From positions 1,341-65,340 of IMG/VR virus record IMGVR_UViG_3300032516_000003: 64,000 nt of DNA; one strand, written 5' to 3'. Positions within the stretch are counted from its first letter, which is position 1. Each line of letters opens with the position of its first letter. Made by a program: the position numbers and the translations under genes. The notes below the pieces were generated by a model. It did no database searches. It saw only the letters and a program-made list of their open reading frames with translations, and was not told the origin of the DNA. Positions 15,934 through 24,828 of this stretch are shown here, one piece after another. This DNA comes from a virus.

Positions 15934-16539
15934 ATGTTGATTGGGATCGATGAGGCCGGCATGGGCACCTTGGCCGGCCCCATGACTGCCGCAGTGGTGG
16001 TCCTGGCCGACGATGCACAGATCAAAGGTGTCCGTGACTCCAAGACCATGAACAACGAGCAGCGGGAGGAAGTCGCGGCCAGGATCATGACCGCAGCGTT
16101 GTTTTACCAGGTCGGTTCTCGGGAAGCTGAGGACATCGACAAGCGGGGGCTCTCCAAGTGCTGGCTGGAGCTGGTCCGCGAGCTGGCCATCGCAGCCAAG
16201 GCAGCCCTGTCCGAGCAGCTGATGGACAAGCCCACGAACGAGAAGATCATCCTAGACGGCAACCGGCTGATCGGGTTACCCTATGTGATACCCGTGGTCA
16301 AGGCCGATGCCACGCATCTCGCCGTCTCCGCCGCGTCGATCCTCGCCAAGTACAAGCAAGTGTGCGCAATGATCGACGCCCATAGGCTCTATCCAGCCTA
16401 CGGCTTCTTAGAACATCACGGCTACTGTACGATCAACCACAAGACCAAACTGAGGGAGCGGGGACCATGTCCAATCCATCGCAGGAGCTTCCGACCGGTG
16501 AGGGACCTTACTCGGTCTTCTGGTTCCGGACGCGGCTAG
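15934..16539 (+). CDS. rnhB: ribonuclease HII
   Basis: GTGGGAGGATCAA-ATG; IGIDEAGMGTLAGPMTAAVVVL, DSKTM, ASILAKY and C-terminal HRRSFRPV are RNase HII hallmarks. Confidence 0.9.
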   Translation: MLIGIDEAGMGTLAGPMTAAVVVLADDAQIKGVRDSKTMNNEQREEVAARIMTAALFYQVGSREAEDIDKRGLSKCWLELVRELAIAAKAALSEQLMDKPTNEKIILDGNRLIGLPYVIPVVKADATHLAVSAASILAKYKQVCAMIDAHRLYPAYGFLEHHGYCTINHKTKLRERGPCPIHRRSFRPVRDLTRSSGSGRG

Positions 16540-16718
16540 GGACGTTGTACACCATGCCGGACATGTTGCCACAGCATGTCGACGAGGCCCACCGGCAGCT
16601 GGACCTGCCGGTGACCAACATCACGTTGCGCAACATCAGTGATGTGGCTATGGTAGTACCGCGGCGGATCATCAAATCCGCCGGCGCCAATGATCGGTGC
16701 TTCTGGGAAGCCCCATGA
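16467..16718 (+). CDS. hypothetical protein, 83 aa
   Basis: GGGAGCGGGGACC-ATG; overlaps 3' end of rnhB. Confidence 0.5.
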   Translation: MSNPSQELPTGEGPYSVFWFRTRLGTLYTMPDMLPQHVDEAHRQLDLPVTNITLRNISDVAMVVPRRIIKSAGANDRCFWEAP

Positions 16719-17215
16719 TCTGCATCAATTGCGGCTGTGTGATCGGGCAGCAGTTCCTCTTCCAGGGCGTGGTGGTCTGTGGCGACTGCTACAAGATCGC
16801 CAGCCACTACCTGCAGCGGACCAAGACCGAGCTGCAGATGCTGGTCCAGACCTACATGGAGATGCTGCGCGTGGCGCTCATCAAGGGTCAGCTCCGGCCG
16901 CCGCGACTACCGGCCGGGGAGCTACCGCGGCGACAGTTCACCAAGGCATTCCAACAACTGTTGGAGGAGATCACCGATGCGGACCGAGCCAAGAAAACCA
17001 CGAATGGCGACGGCACAGTGCAGGGCCTGCGGAGCGAAGCGGAGGATACCCGACGTGAACTTCGAGCTGGGCACCATGCTGAAGCCGTACTCAGGGGGCG
17101 GGAACTACGGCCACTGCCTGAAGTGCAAGCGGGCCGGGACACTGATGATCATCGAGACTCCGCCACAGCCGGAGCCGACGCTGCCGACGGGATGGACCAA
17201 ATACCCAGGAGGTGA
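16715..17215 (+). CDS. Zn-ribbon protein (CINCGC...CGDC); C-terminus uncertain
   Basis: ATGA coupling; coding-like GC3 only to ~16990, remainder overlapped by next gene. Confidence 0.45.
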   Translation: MICINCGCVIGQQFLFQGVVVCGDCYKIASHYLQRTKTELQMLVQTYMEMLRVALIKGQLRPPRLPAGELPRRQFTKAFQQLLEEITDADRAKKTTNGDGTVQGLRSEAEDTRRELRAGHHAEAVLRGRELRPLPEVQAGRDTDDHRDSATAGADAADGMDQIPRR

Positions 17216-17222
17216 GACGTGA
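16977..17222 (+). CDS. Zn-ribbon protein (CRACGAK...CLKCKRAG), 81 aa
   Basis: GGAGGAG SD before ATG 16977. Confidence 0.5.
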   Translation: MRTEPRKPRMATAQCRACGAKRRIPDVNFELGTMLKPYSGGGNYGHCLKCKRAGTLMIIETPPQPEPTLPTGWTKYPGGET

Positions 17223-17674
17223 GTGCTTTCGAGATCTGGCTGGGCGAGCGGAAGATTGCGACTCCTACACAATACAGTTGGAACCAACCCTTCGTCCCAG
17301 GGTCGGCGCCGAGCGAGTGGCACGTGTGGCCGGGGATGAAGAGCATCGGCCTGTTCTACTTCCGGCGCCTGACCCTAGAGCCGCCGGTACTCTTTGAGCA
17401 TCTGTCCGGGGTGGGTCTGGCGGCCTTCCTGGACCATTGTGACTTCAAAGTCATCGGCGACGGACGCACCACCATCCACGAGGACCTACGCTACATTCAC
17501 GGGCGCAGTGAGGCCATGAAGGGCAATCCCCAGGTCAGCGCCGTGGTGCTGGCCAAGATAGAACCGGCGGAGGACTTCAATGAGCTCAAGTTCCGGACCC
17601 AGATCCCCAACATCTACCGCGAACTGCTGGCCCAGATGACTGGGGCTCCGACGGTCCCCGAACAGAAGACTTGA
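17219..17674 (+). CDS. hypothetical protein (GTG start), 151 aa
   Basis: GGAGGTGAGAC-GTG. Confidence 0.6.
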   Translation: MSAFEIWLGERKIATPTQYSWNQPFVPGSAPSEWHVWPGMKSIGLFYFRRLTLEPPVLFEHLSGVGLAAFLDHCDFKVIGDGRTTIHEDLRYIHGRSEAMKGNPQVSAVVLAKIEPAEDFNELKFRTQIPNIYRELLAQMTGAPTVPEQKT

Positions 17675-17699
17675 CAGGGACAGACACTGTCTGTATGAC
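17671..17699 (+). promoter_or_regulatory. promoter-like TTGACA-17-TATGAC with embedded palindrome ACAGACAcTGTCTGT (17680-17694)
   Basis: perfect 7-1-7 palindrome fills the spacer and overlaps -10: operator-in-promoter architecture. Confidence 0.45.
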
Positions 17700-17711
17700 T
17701 GATGGAGAGGC

Positions 17712-17996
17712 ATGAACTTGGCAGATTCGAAAGAGACGATCGCAGAGGCTGTCCTCCCCCCGAGGAAGCCTTTTCTTAGCCAAGATCAGCTTGATGAGCT
17801 CTGGAACGAGCGAGGCCTGAAGTACCGGGTCGACGAGTTCCATGTGGTGCTGCTGGAGCGAGGTCTGGGCGTTCACGTCGACCGGCCGATCTTCCGCAGC
17901 ACTTTCTACAGCATCCTGAAGCTGTTCCTCGTCGAAGGAGAGGCGAAGCGGGACCCCCGCTACATGCCCATCCCCCGCTTCCCTCGTGTCCAATGA
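17712..17996 (+). CDS. hypothetical protein, 94 aa
   Basis: GGAGAGGC-ATG; preceded by TTGACA-17-TATGAC promoter containing a 7-1-7 palindrome. Confidence 0.6.
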   Translation: MNLADSKETIAEAVLPPRKPFLSQDQLDELWNERGLKYRVDEFHVVLLERGLGVHVDRPIFRSTFYSILKLFLVEGEAKRDPRYMPIPRFPRVQ

Positions 17997-19108
17997 GCAA
18001 GGACGACAAGAACACGGTCAGCTTCAACAAGACGCCTGAGGAGGTCTTGCGGGCGCGGAAGAGCCAACAGGAACTGACCTCGGAGCAGAAGGCCTACCAG
18101 GAGCGCATGGCCAGCCTCAAGCAAGCTCGCCAGCCTCTGGGTGGTGCTCCGCCCGTACAGATCCCACCACTGGATGCCGAGCCCATGGAGCACTTCAAGG
18201 GCACCATGCAGGACCAGGCAGCAGCCCTGCGGGACCCCACCAATCCCCTCAGCCCCCTCTACGAGCCGCAGCTGGCCATGATGGGCCATCCCCTGGCACC
18301 TCTACCGCCCGAAGCTGCCCAGCAGCCAGGATTCCGCCCTGGTGTCGGCTCGATGTACGCCCACAACCAACCCGCCATCCCCCGAGTGCCGGCCAAGACC
18401 ATGGTGCCACCCAAGCCGGGTGAGCCCTACCGGCCGAGCCTGAGTCGCGAAACCGAAGAGAGCTTGCGGGCTCTGGCCGAGTTCCAGAGCAAGGCGCAGC
18501 ATACCCAGGAGGCTTCTGTGGACGAGACCAAGAAAGACGAGAAGAAGATCGACGAAGAGGCCTCCAAGCTGGAGAAGGCGGCCAAGGAAGGCGCTCCGGA
18601 GAAGGACTTCCTCAACGAGCTGAAGGGCCTGCTCGACAACCCCCAACAGTGGAACGCGCTCAACAACCCGGCCCGCCGCAAGGAGATCGAGGCTCGCTGC
18701 CGGCCGATGGACATCACGGACATCATCCTGCATGGTGAGGTCCGGCAAGAGGTGCCAATCCGCACCGGTCCCAAGCCTCTGGTCATCATCTATCGCTCAG
18801 TTTCAGTCGACGAAGACCTGGCGGTCAAGCGCATGATGTTCGGTGAGACCGGTGGCGATCGCTATCTGATCGACAAGTTCTCCCTCATGCAGCTGACTCT
18901 GGGCATCGTCTCGATCAACGGGGAGTCGCTGCCCACGCACCTCACCGAGGATCGGAAGTTCGACGAGAAGAAGTTCGACAACAAGTACCAGAAGCTACTG
19001 CGCTTCCCGATCCAGTTCATCGCGGATTTGGGGATACAGTATCAGTGGTTTGACGAGAGAGTCCGTGATCTCTTCGTCGGAACGACGGAGGCCGTAAAAA
19101 ATTCCTAG
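17993..19108 (+). CDS. hypothetical protein with Pro/Gln-rich middle region, 371 aa
   Basis: ATGA coupling; GC3-rich throughout. Confidence 0.7.
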   Translation: MSKDDKNTVSFNKTPEEVLRARKSQQELTSEQKAYQERMASLKQARQPLGGAPPVQIPPLDAEPMEHFKGTMQDQAAALRDPTNPLSPLYEPQLAMMGHPLAPLPPEAAQQPGFRPGVGSMYAHNQPAIPRVPAKTMVPPKPGEPYRPSLSRETEESLRALAEFQSKAQHTQEASVDETKKDEKKIDEEASKLEKAAKEGAPEKDFLNELKGLLDNPQQWNALNNPARRKEIEARCRPMDITDIILHGEVRQEVPIRTGPKPLVIIYRSVSVDEDLAVKRMMFGETGGDRYLIDKFSLMQLTLGIVSINGESLPTHLTEDRKFDEKKFDNKYQKLLRFPIQFIADLGIQYQWFDERVRDLFVGTTEAVKNS

Positions 19109-19140
19109 AGACTCCTCTGGGGTGGGCGCGAGCGAATCTC

Positions 19141-19500
19141 ATGTACGACATGATGAGCGAGCCCCCAAAGCCAGGCACTCCGTTGGAGTCTCTGATGCTT
19201 CTTGTCTGGCGGATGCGACAGGACATCGAGGTCCAGAAGACCAAGGCGATCGTCCAGGCCATTGTGGCGTCTGCATCGGAAGGGGAGGACGCGAACAAGA
19301 TGCTGATGACGGCCTGGGACCAGTACCTGGACGAGGTCTTCCCGTTCAAGCGTGGTCACCGGGTGAAGGCCGATCAGCTGGCGATCGAGTACCTCAAGCG
19401 GGAGGTGGCCCGCGGTCCGCTGCACGTCGTCCCCCTGCAGCCCCTGACCAAGGCCAAGAGTCGCCTGCGTGCCAGGAGCAAGAAGGTGCAGAATGAGTAG
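19141..19500 (+). CDS. hypothetical protein, 119 aa
   Basis: ORF with good GC3. Confidence 0.6.
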   Translation: MYDMMSEPPKPGTPLESLMLLVWRMRQDIEVQKTKAIVQAIVASASEGEDANKMLMTAWDQYLDEVFPFKRGHRVKADQLAIEYLKREVARGPLHVVPLQPLTKAKSRLRARSKKVQNE

Positions 19501-19882
19501 CGGCGTTCGGTTGTGCCCAAGCTGCGGCTCAGGAAAGATCACGGAGATCTCGACGGGCTCCTTGCAGCTCGACCCGGACGTGGAATGCACTAGCTGCGGC
19601 TGGAAGGGCCAGGGCCACGAGTTGATGTCTGCTCTCCAACCCCGGCAGCAGGAGATCGATCCTCAGCTACACATCGCCGAAGAAATCTCGCGGACCTATC
19701 TCCAGCTGCTAGCCAAAGAGGCAGGCAAGCCCATTGGCTTGGCAATGGTGAGTGCGGGAGTCATCGGCGTCAAGGACACCAGCAACCTGGGCCGCCTGAT
19801 CCGCGCTGCCTGCATGGGAGCCCACCGGGCCACTCTGGAAGAGATCGACAAGATTCAGGAGGAGCTGCACCATGGAGTCTGA
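19493..19882 (+). CDS. Zn-ribbon protein (CPSCGSG...CTSCGWKG), 129 aa
   Basis: AGAAGGTG SD, ATG 19493 overlapping upstream stop. Confidence 0.6.
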   Translation: MSSGVRLCPSCGSGKITEISTGSLQLDPDVECTSCGWKGQGHELMSALQPRQQEIDPQLHIAEEISRTYLQLLAKEAGKPIGLAMVSAGVIGVKDTSNLGRLIRAACMGAHRATLEEIDKIQEELHHGV

Positions 19883-20174
19883 AAACAACCCCTTCGCCGT
19901 CCAGCGACCTGAGCAGCATGCGGTGGGCGCAGCCAACGAGGTCTACTGCTGGATGCCGAACAGCGGTGACCGGGAATGCAACGCCACCTGCGTGGCCTAC
20001 GATCCCTCGCATGCTACCGAGGGCAAGTCCTGTGAGGTGTTGAACCATCTCGCGGCCATCATTGACGTCATGTCGCGGCGCACTGGACTGATGAAGAAGC
20101 TGGCTGTCGACCAACAGATCGATCGCGTGAAAGAAGCGATTGAGAAGATCCCGCAACCTCCGGAGGTGAAGTGA
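19872..20174 (+). CDS. hypothetical protein, 100 aa
   Basis: overlapping start, GC3-rich. Confidence 0.6.
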   Translation: MESENNPFAVQRPEQHAVGAANEVYCWMPNSGDRECNATCVAYDPSHATEGKSCEVLNHLAAIIDVMSRRTGLMKKLAVDQQIDRVKEAIEKIPQPPEVK

Positions 20175-20722
20175 TGCAAATCCTCAACGTCGGACAGGTC
20201 TGCGACCTGGAACACGGCGGCTTCACCAACCAGATGAGCGTGCGGCTGCGGGATGGTCGCGTGGTGATCATTACCACGGATGAGGACACGGTGGCGCAGC
20301 TGCTGAATGCCGCGGCCGCTGAGATGAGGAACATACCAACCAGTCCGGCAACCACGGAAGTCTCAGAACTCCCGCCCGACGTCCCAGCTGGTGACGTCTT
20401 CGGTGGCGATCTCCCAGATCCTGGGGAAGCGCTTGATCCCCCAGTGCCGCCAGCGACAGGTTCGCTGGATGTCAGGCCTGAACCCGAGTACCCGCGAGAC
20501 AAGCTTGGGAAGCCAATCATGCGTGATGTCGATGGACGCGGAGCGCTGGGGAAGGGCCACCCCAACAAGAAGGGACGAGTCGGCCTCTACCGCACCGTGC
20601 CGTCGGTGCCCACACGTACAGTGCCCATGGACGAGGCTGGCAACCCCATCGTGCCCGCAGAGCATCGGGTGGAGAATCAGGTTGCTGCCGAACTACCCGA
20701 TGAGGATGGCGAGTCGATCTGA
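20171..20722 (+). CDS. hypothetical protein, 183 aa
   Basis: ATGA coupling. Confidence 0.65.
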   Translation: MMQILNVGQVCDLEHGGFTNQMSVRLRDGRVVIITTDEDTVAQLLNAAAAEMRNIPTSPATTEVSELPPDVPAGDVFGGDLPDPGEALDPPVPPATGSLDVRPEPEYPRDKLGKPIMRDVDGRGALGKGHPNKKGRVGLYRTVPSVPTRTVPMDEAGNPIVPAEHRVENQVAAELPDEDGESI

Positions 20723-21402
20723 TGTGGTACTACGCCTGCGCCAGCTGTGGCACGTTCATCCGCGTCACCGGTGACGTTGAAGAACATCAGAAGCTGCTCA
20801 TCATCCACCCCATGTGGGAGCATGGCAGGAAGTGCTTCAACGAGGGATGTAGCGGACTGATCGTGGGCCCGATCGACACCAGCGTCCCGGCAATTCGCAA
20901 TGATATCGAGAACTTTAAGAAGGGGTGCCAACGCTTCCTCGATCTCGATCCCCAGCAATTGTTCCGGGCCCTCTGCGGCGGTGGCACGCCGGAAGAGGTG
21001 GAGGTCCGCGTGGAAGTAGTCCGGGCCTTTCTCCTTAGCTCCAAGATCATCAAGGTGATCGCGCATGAGATGATGGGTGATCACCGAGTCATCATGGATC
21101 GACTGTACCTCGATAATGGCACGATCCTCCACTTCGCGGGAACCGGCGCTGGTGCGCTGATCTACAAGGTGACCAAGGATGTCCAAGCAAGTAGTGGAAT
21201 GGGAGTACAACCGGAGGCCGGGGACGGAGTTGTACGACGGCCACCTGAGTGTGCTGACACCGTCAGCGCGGGAGAAGCGCGGCAAGGTGTACGAGGAGTT
21301 CTTCGGCGTCAGGATGGAGTGGATGCTGGAATCACTGCACGGCTTCCTCCAGACCTGGCCGGAGACGATGGTCCACGTGACCCGGAGACAGAAGGCGAGT
21401 GA
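20722..21402 (+). CDS. hypothetical protein with N-terminal Zn-ribbon (CASCGT...C..C); C-terminus uncertain
   Basis: GC3 bias lost after ~21180 where next gene starts. Confidence 0.55.
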   Translation: MWYYACASCGTFIRVTGDVEEHQKLLIIHPMWEHGRKCFNEGCSGLIVGPIDTSVPAIRNDIENFKKGCQRFLDLDPQQLFRALCGGGTPEEVEVRVEVVRAFLLSSKIIKVIAHEMMGDHRVIMDRLYLDNGTILHFAGTGAGALIYKVTKDVQASSGMGVQPEAGDGVVRRPPECADTVSAGEARQGVRGVLRRQDGVDAGITARLPPDLAGDDGPRDPETEGE

Positions 21403-21541
21403 TTTCCACAAGGAGCGCACGGCAACCACCACGTTGCCGTCGGAGTTAGTAGACCTGCTCCGGGAGCATCCCGTCAAGGCCTACGAGCACTTCAAGCCCA
21501 TAGTGGTACGATCGGAGGAAGACGATGCCAGTCAGGGGTAA
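21179..21541 (+). CDS. hypothetical protein, 120 aa
   Basis: AAGGTGACCAAGG-ATG. Confidence 0.55.
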   Translation: MSKQVVEWEYNRRPGTELYDGHLSVLTPSAREKRGKVYEEFFGVRMEWMLESLHGFLQTWPETMVHVTRRQKASDFHKERTATTTLPSELVDLLREHPVKAYEHFKPIVVRSEEDDASQG

Positions 21542-21827
21542 CAAGATCGAGCGCAGTGATGACATCAAGACCGTGGAGCATCTGATGCCACTGGAATTCT
21601 ACGTGGCCATCGGTGTCGTGGATGGCAACGGCATCAAGCGGAACCGGGTCGTCTTCCGCGCCAAGGGCACCAAGAACTTCTTCTTTGCCTTCCCCGAGGG
21701 CACCGAGGAGGCGATGAAGGGCCCGGCGCCATGGCTCCAGGAGCTACTGGAGAAGGAGATTGGGGATCACGCGGCCGACCTGCCGGTGGAGAAGGCAAGC
21801 GACATCCCGGTGGGCAGCCCACTCTAG
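21525..21827 (+). CDS. hypothetical protein, 100 aa
   Basis: GGAGGAAGACG-ATG. Confidence 0.6.
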   Translation: MPVRGNKIERSDDIKTVEHLMPLEFYVAIGVVDGNGIKRNRVVFRAKGTKNFFFAFPEGTEEAMKGPAPWLQELLEKEIGDHAADLPVEKASDIPVGSPL

Positions 21828-21836
21828 GAGGGTTCG

Positions 21837-22166
21837 ATGCGAGTCCTGAACGACTGGATCCACATCAAGCTGGACCCGGACGAGCAGATGGCGGGCAGCC
21901 TCTACAAGCCGCAGGGAGCCTACGACCACATCCTGCGTACTGCTGAGGTGCTGCAGGTGGGACCGGGGAAGCGGTGCAAGGACATCGACCAGCGTGAGCC
22001 CATGGGCCTGGAGCCTGGTGATGGTGTGGTGTTCATCCGCTTCGTGGCGGACAGCACTCGGACGGCTCAGAGCATCCAGGCGACGATCGGCAAGGATGAG
22101 GCGCTCATCCGTGTGGGCGATGTCATGCTGGTCTACGATCGGAAGGACCCACCGAGGTTCGGATGA
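21837..22166 (+). CDS. GroES-like co-chaperonin (Cpn10 fold)
   Basis: AGGAGGGTTCG-ATG; size 109 aa and pattern RVLND.I.IKLD...LYKP.....TAEVLQVGPG...GDGVVF....EALIRVGDVMLV parallels GroES RPLHDRVIV...GEVLAVG.G...GD.V.F...E.LI..E.DILAIV. Confidence 0.6.
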   Translation: MRVLNDWIHIKLDPDEQMAGSLYKPQGAYDHILRTAEVLQVGPGKRCKDIDQREPMGLEPGDGVVFIRFVADSTRTAQSIQATIGKDEALIRVGDVMLVYDRKDPPRFG

Positions 22167-22429
22167 AGCTCGCTATCGTCACCGACTTTGGCCAGACCCT
22201 AGAGCTGCGGTGGATGTGGCTCCCGGTGTTCATCAGCCAGAACTATGGTCTGATGACCGAGCTCAGAACTGCTTGGAAGAAGCAATACCCGGGCGGCATG
22301 CCGATGGAAACGCAGGAGCAGGCCGAGCGCGTAGCTCACCTGTTCGTCATAGGCTGGCTTCAGGAGAAACTCAAGATCGATGGGCTCGACAAGTACCTGC
22401 AGGCCATCGAGCACGTTAAGGAGACCTGA
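22163..22429 (+). CDS. hypothetical protein, 88 aa
   Basis: ATGA coupling. Confidence 0.6.
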   Translation: MKLAIVTDFGQTLELRWMWLPVFISQNYGLMTELRTAWKKQYPGGMPMETQEQAERVAHLFVIGWLQEKLKIDGLDKYLQAIEHVKET

Positions 22430-22430
22430 G

Positions 22431-23516
22431 ATGTTGTACACCAAGGCTCAGGCGAAGGAATTCTTCGGCGCGCTGCGAGAGTGCTCGGAGGAAGTGCTCA
22501 AGTACTACAAGCTCCCCACCGATCCGGGTTTCAAGACGCGGTCGTGGAAGGAGGGGCACGCCCAGGGGATCACCTTCCACTTCACTGCCGGCGTGACCTG
22601 GAAGGAGAGCGCCAACTGGCTGAACGGGTCCAGCAACAAGGGCAGTTCCTGTCACTTCATGGTCCTCGACCGGCGCATCGGCGAGGTGGACGCCATCGTC
22701 TCCAAGTACCCGGTGCTCGACGTGCTGCCGGTACTCGTGCTGCAGCTGGCCGACCTCAATCGGGGCACCTGGCATGCCGGCTGGGTCAACGGGATGAACC
22801 TCGGCATCGAGAACCGCAACGCGGGCCTCGTGAAGCAGGTCGGCGACCACTGGTGCTGGTGGCCCAACAACTGGACCGAGAAGTTCCCAGCTGAGGGCCT
22901 GGGCAAGACCCCGGTCAACATCGAGGGCCAGTGGTGGGAGCCGTTCACCTACGGCCAGGTGGCCGCCAACGTCATCCTTGGCCAGATGTTCTACTGCCTC
23001 TACGAAGGCGACATGGACGAGCGGTGGATGCTGCCCCACAGCGCTTCCGCGAAGACCAAGATGGACACCGGCAAGGCCTTCCCGCTGCAGCAGGTCCGGG
23101 CCGCGATCATCAACCAGACGCTGCTCCAGGACTTGGACTGGCTCCAGAACTACAAGGCCGATCCGATGTACATGGACGACTACGAGATGGAGCAGGACTG
23201 CGGCTTCCTCCAGCAGCTGGCCATCATGGAGGGAGACCTGTCGGAAGAGGCAGACCAGTGTCCGGCCCTGGACGCAGCAGATCTGTCATTGCTGGTCACC
23301 CCGGGGCCCTGGCAGCAGGAACTCGATGCCATCCGCCGGGCCCTGGCCAAGCTCTGGTACGTGGTCAGCGGCTCCGGCGAAGAGCTCGACGAGGACACCA
23401 GGCAGGCCATCAAAACCTTCCAGTACTCCCAGGACCTCACGGTGGACGGCATCCCCGGCGACAAGACGCAGGCGGCCCTCATGAAGCGCTTGAAGGACTT
23501 CCACTTGGAGACATAG
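22431..23516 (+). CDS. endolysin: N-acetylmuramoyl-L-alanine amidase (PGRP/Amidase_2) plus C-terminal peptidoglycan-binding domain
   Basis: GGAGACC SD; HFTAG...SCHF.V...W.W.W.AG..N..S.GIE amidase_2 pattern; C-terminal TRQAIKTFQYSQDLTVDGIPGDKTQAAL = PG_binding_1. Confidence 0.85.
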   Translation: MLYTKAQAKEFFGALRECSEEVLKYYKLPTDPGFKTRSWKEGHAQGITFHFTAGVTWKESANWLNGSSNKGSSCHFMVLDRRIGEVDAIVSKYPVLDVLPVLVLQLADLNRGTWHAGWVNGMNLGIENRNAGLVKQVGDHWCWWPNNWTEKFPAEGLGKTPVNIEGQWWEPFTYGQVAANVILGQMFYCLYEGDMDERWMLPHSASAKTKMDTGKAFPLQQVRAAIINQTLLQDLDWLQNYKADPMYMDDYEMEQDCGFLQQLAIMEGDLSEEADQCPALDAADLSLLVTPGPWQQELDAIRRALAKLWYVVSGSGEELDEDTRQAIKTFQYSQDLTVDGIPGDKTQAALMKRLKDFHLET

Positions 23517-23517
23517 C

Positions 23518-24096
23518 ATGAGCCGCCTCGATCGCCTCATCGAAGCTGAGCGCGCCCTGGTCCCGCGGAGCCGGTACGTGGACAAGAGCAAGAGTTGGTT
23601 CATGCGCTTCTTGAACTTGTTCGTGCGCTGGTTCAACCCGAGATTCATGACTGACTTCACCACCACACTCGGCGCCAAGAGCTTCTTCCCGCCGGCCCTG
23701 CTCGATCCCCGGGTGGTAGACGATCAGGCAGTGATGGTCGAGTGCCACGAGTTCATCCACAAGTGGGACTTCTGGCAGCATGAACTGACGTTCGTGGTCA
23801 AGTACCTGTTCAGCCGGAAATTCCGCCGTGACGCTGAGCTGCGCGGCTACACCATGACCATGTACTGGTACTGGCTGCGCTTCGGCACGCAGGTCGATCC
23901 AGAGACCTTCGTCAAGCATTTCACCAGCTCGGAGTACCTGTACATGGAGCGTGACCCCTACTACGTACGGGACGAGCTCTCTGCCAGACAGCAGTTGTTC
24001 ATCCAGTACGAGGATCAGTTCTTGCTCCAGCCAGGCTCCGAGCCATATCGGCTGGTCAAGAGCTTCCTCAAGATCGAGGGAATCCTTCATGCCTAG
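23518..24096 (+). CDS. hypothetical protein, 192 aa
   Basis: GGAGACA SD, abuts endolysin. Confidence 0.65.
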   Translation: MSRLDRLIEAERALVPRSRYVDKSKSWFMRFLNLFVRWFNPRFMTDFTTTLGAKSFFPPALLDPRVVDDQAVMVECHEFIHKWDFWQHELTFVVKYLFSRKFRRDAELRGYTMTMYWYWLRFGTQVDPETFVKHFTSSEYLYMERDPYYVRDELSARQQLFIQYEDQFLLQPGSEPYRLVKSFLKIEGILHA

Positions 24097-24265
24097 GAGG
24101 TCTGGAGGGACGCGGATCAATATCCGCCTCAATGCTCAGCTGGTCGAGTGGGCCAAGTCGTATGCCAAGCGGCGCGGCACAGACCTCACCAAGCTGATTC
24201 GCGAGTACTTCATCGCGCTCAAAGCCCATGACGAGCGCCAGGAAGCAGAAGCGGAGCAGATCTGA
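24089..24265 (+). CDS. ribbon-helix-helix (CopG/antitoxin-like) protein, 58 aa
   Basis: GAGGGAA SD; RINIRLNAQLVEWAKSYAKRRGTDLTKLIREYF is a typical RHH beta-strand plus two helices. Confidence 0.6.
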   Translation: MPRRSGGTRINIRLNAQLVEWAKSYAKRRGTDLTKLIREYFIALKAHDERQEAEAEQI

Positions 24266-24828
24266 TGGCAGGCATCGGACAGAAGATGGGTGGCAAGATC
24301 ACGCGCATCAGTGTGGCCTGCCCCGACGACATCGACGGCATCGTCGATCGCATTCGGCAGATCATCCTAATAGGTCAAGTCCAGACCATCACGCTCAAGA
24401 ACGGTGAGCCGATCGTCTACGAGCGTCTGGTCCAGCCCGGTGAGGAGATCAAGCCACAGGAGAGCACCGAGGGCTTCGCCGAGCTCACCCCCTTCGAAGT
24501 GGTACGCAACGTACCCATGGAGGAGTTCCGGATCGAGGAGTATGTCACCACGAAGCCGGCGCCACACCAGACCTTGGTCTGGTCCTTCATTCACCTGCAT
24601 CTGCAGGACTGGATTGTCACCCACATCCTGCTGGGGCAGGAGACCAACTTCTGGAAGTGGCTGGGGATGCCTCGGCGGGGACGGGGTCTGCAGACCACCC
24701 ACTTCCTCAACGCCCGAGTTGAAGAGGATAAGCAGGTCCCCGAGAACATCTACATCCTGTGTGGCGCCCGCACACGGCACGCCACGATCGCGGAGATCGG
24801 ATGCTCCCTGAAATGCTCGGCGGGGTAG
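24265..24828 (+). CDS. hypothetical protein, 187 aa (coupled to RHH gene)
   Basis: ATGA coupling. Confidence 0.6.
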   Translation: MAGIGQKMGGKITRISVACPDDIDGIVDRIRQIILIGQVQTITLKNGEPIVYERLVQPGEEIKPQESTEGFAELTPFEVVRNVPMEEFRIEEYVTTKPAPHQTLVWSFIHLHLQDWIVTHILLGQETNFWKWLGMPRRGRGLQTTHFLNARVEEDKQVPENIYILCGARTRHATIAEIGCSLKCSAG

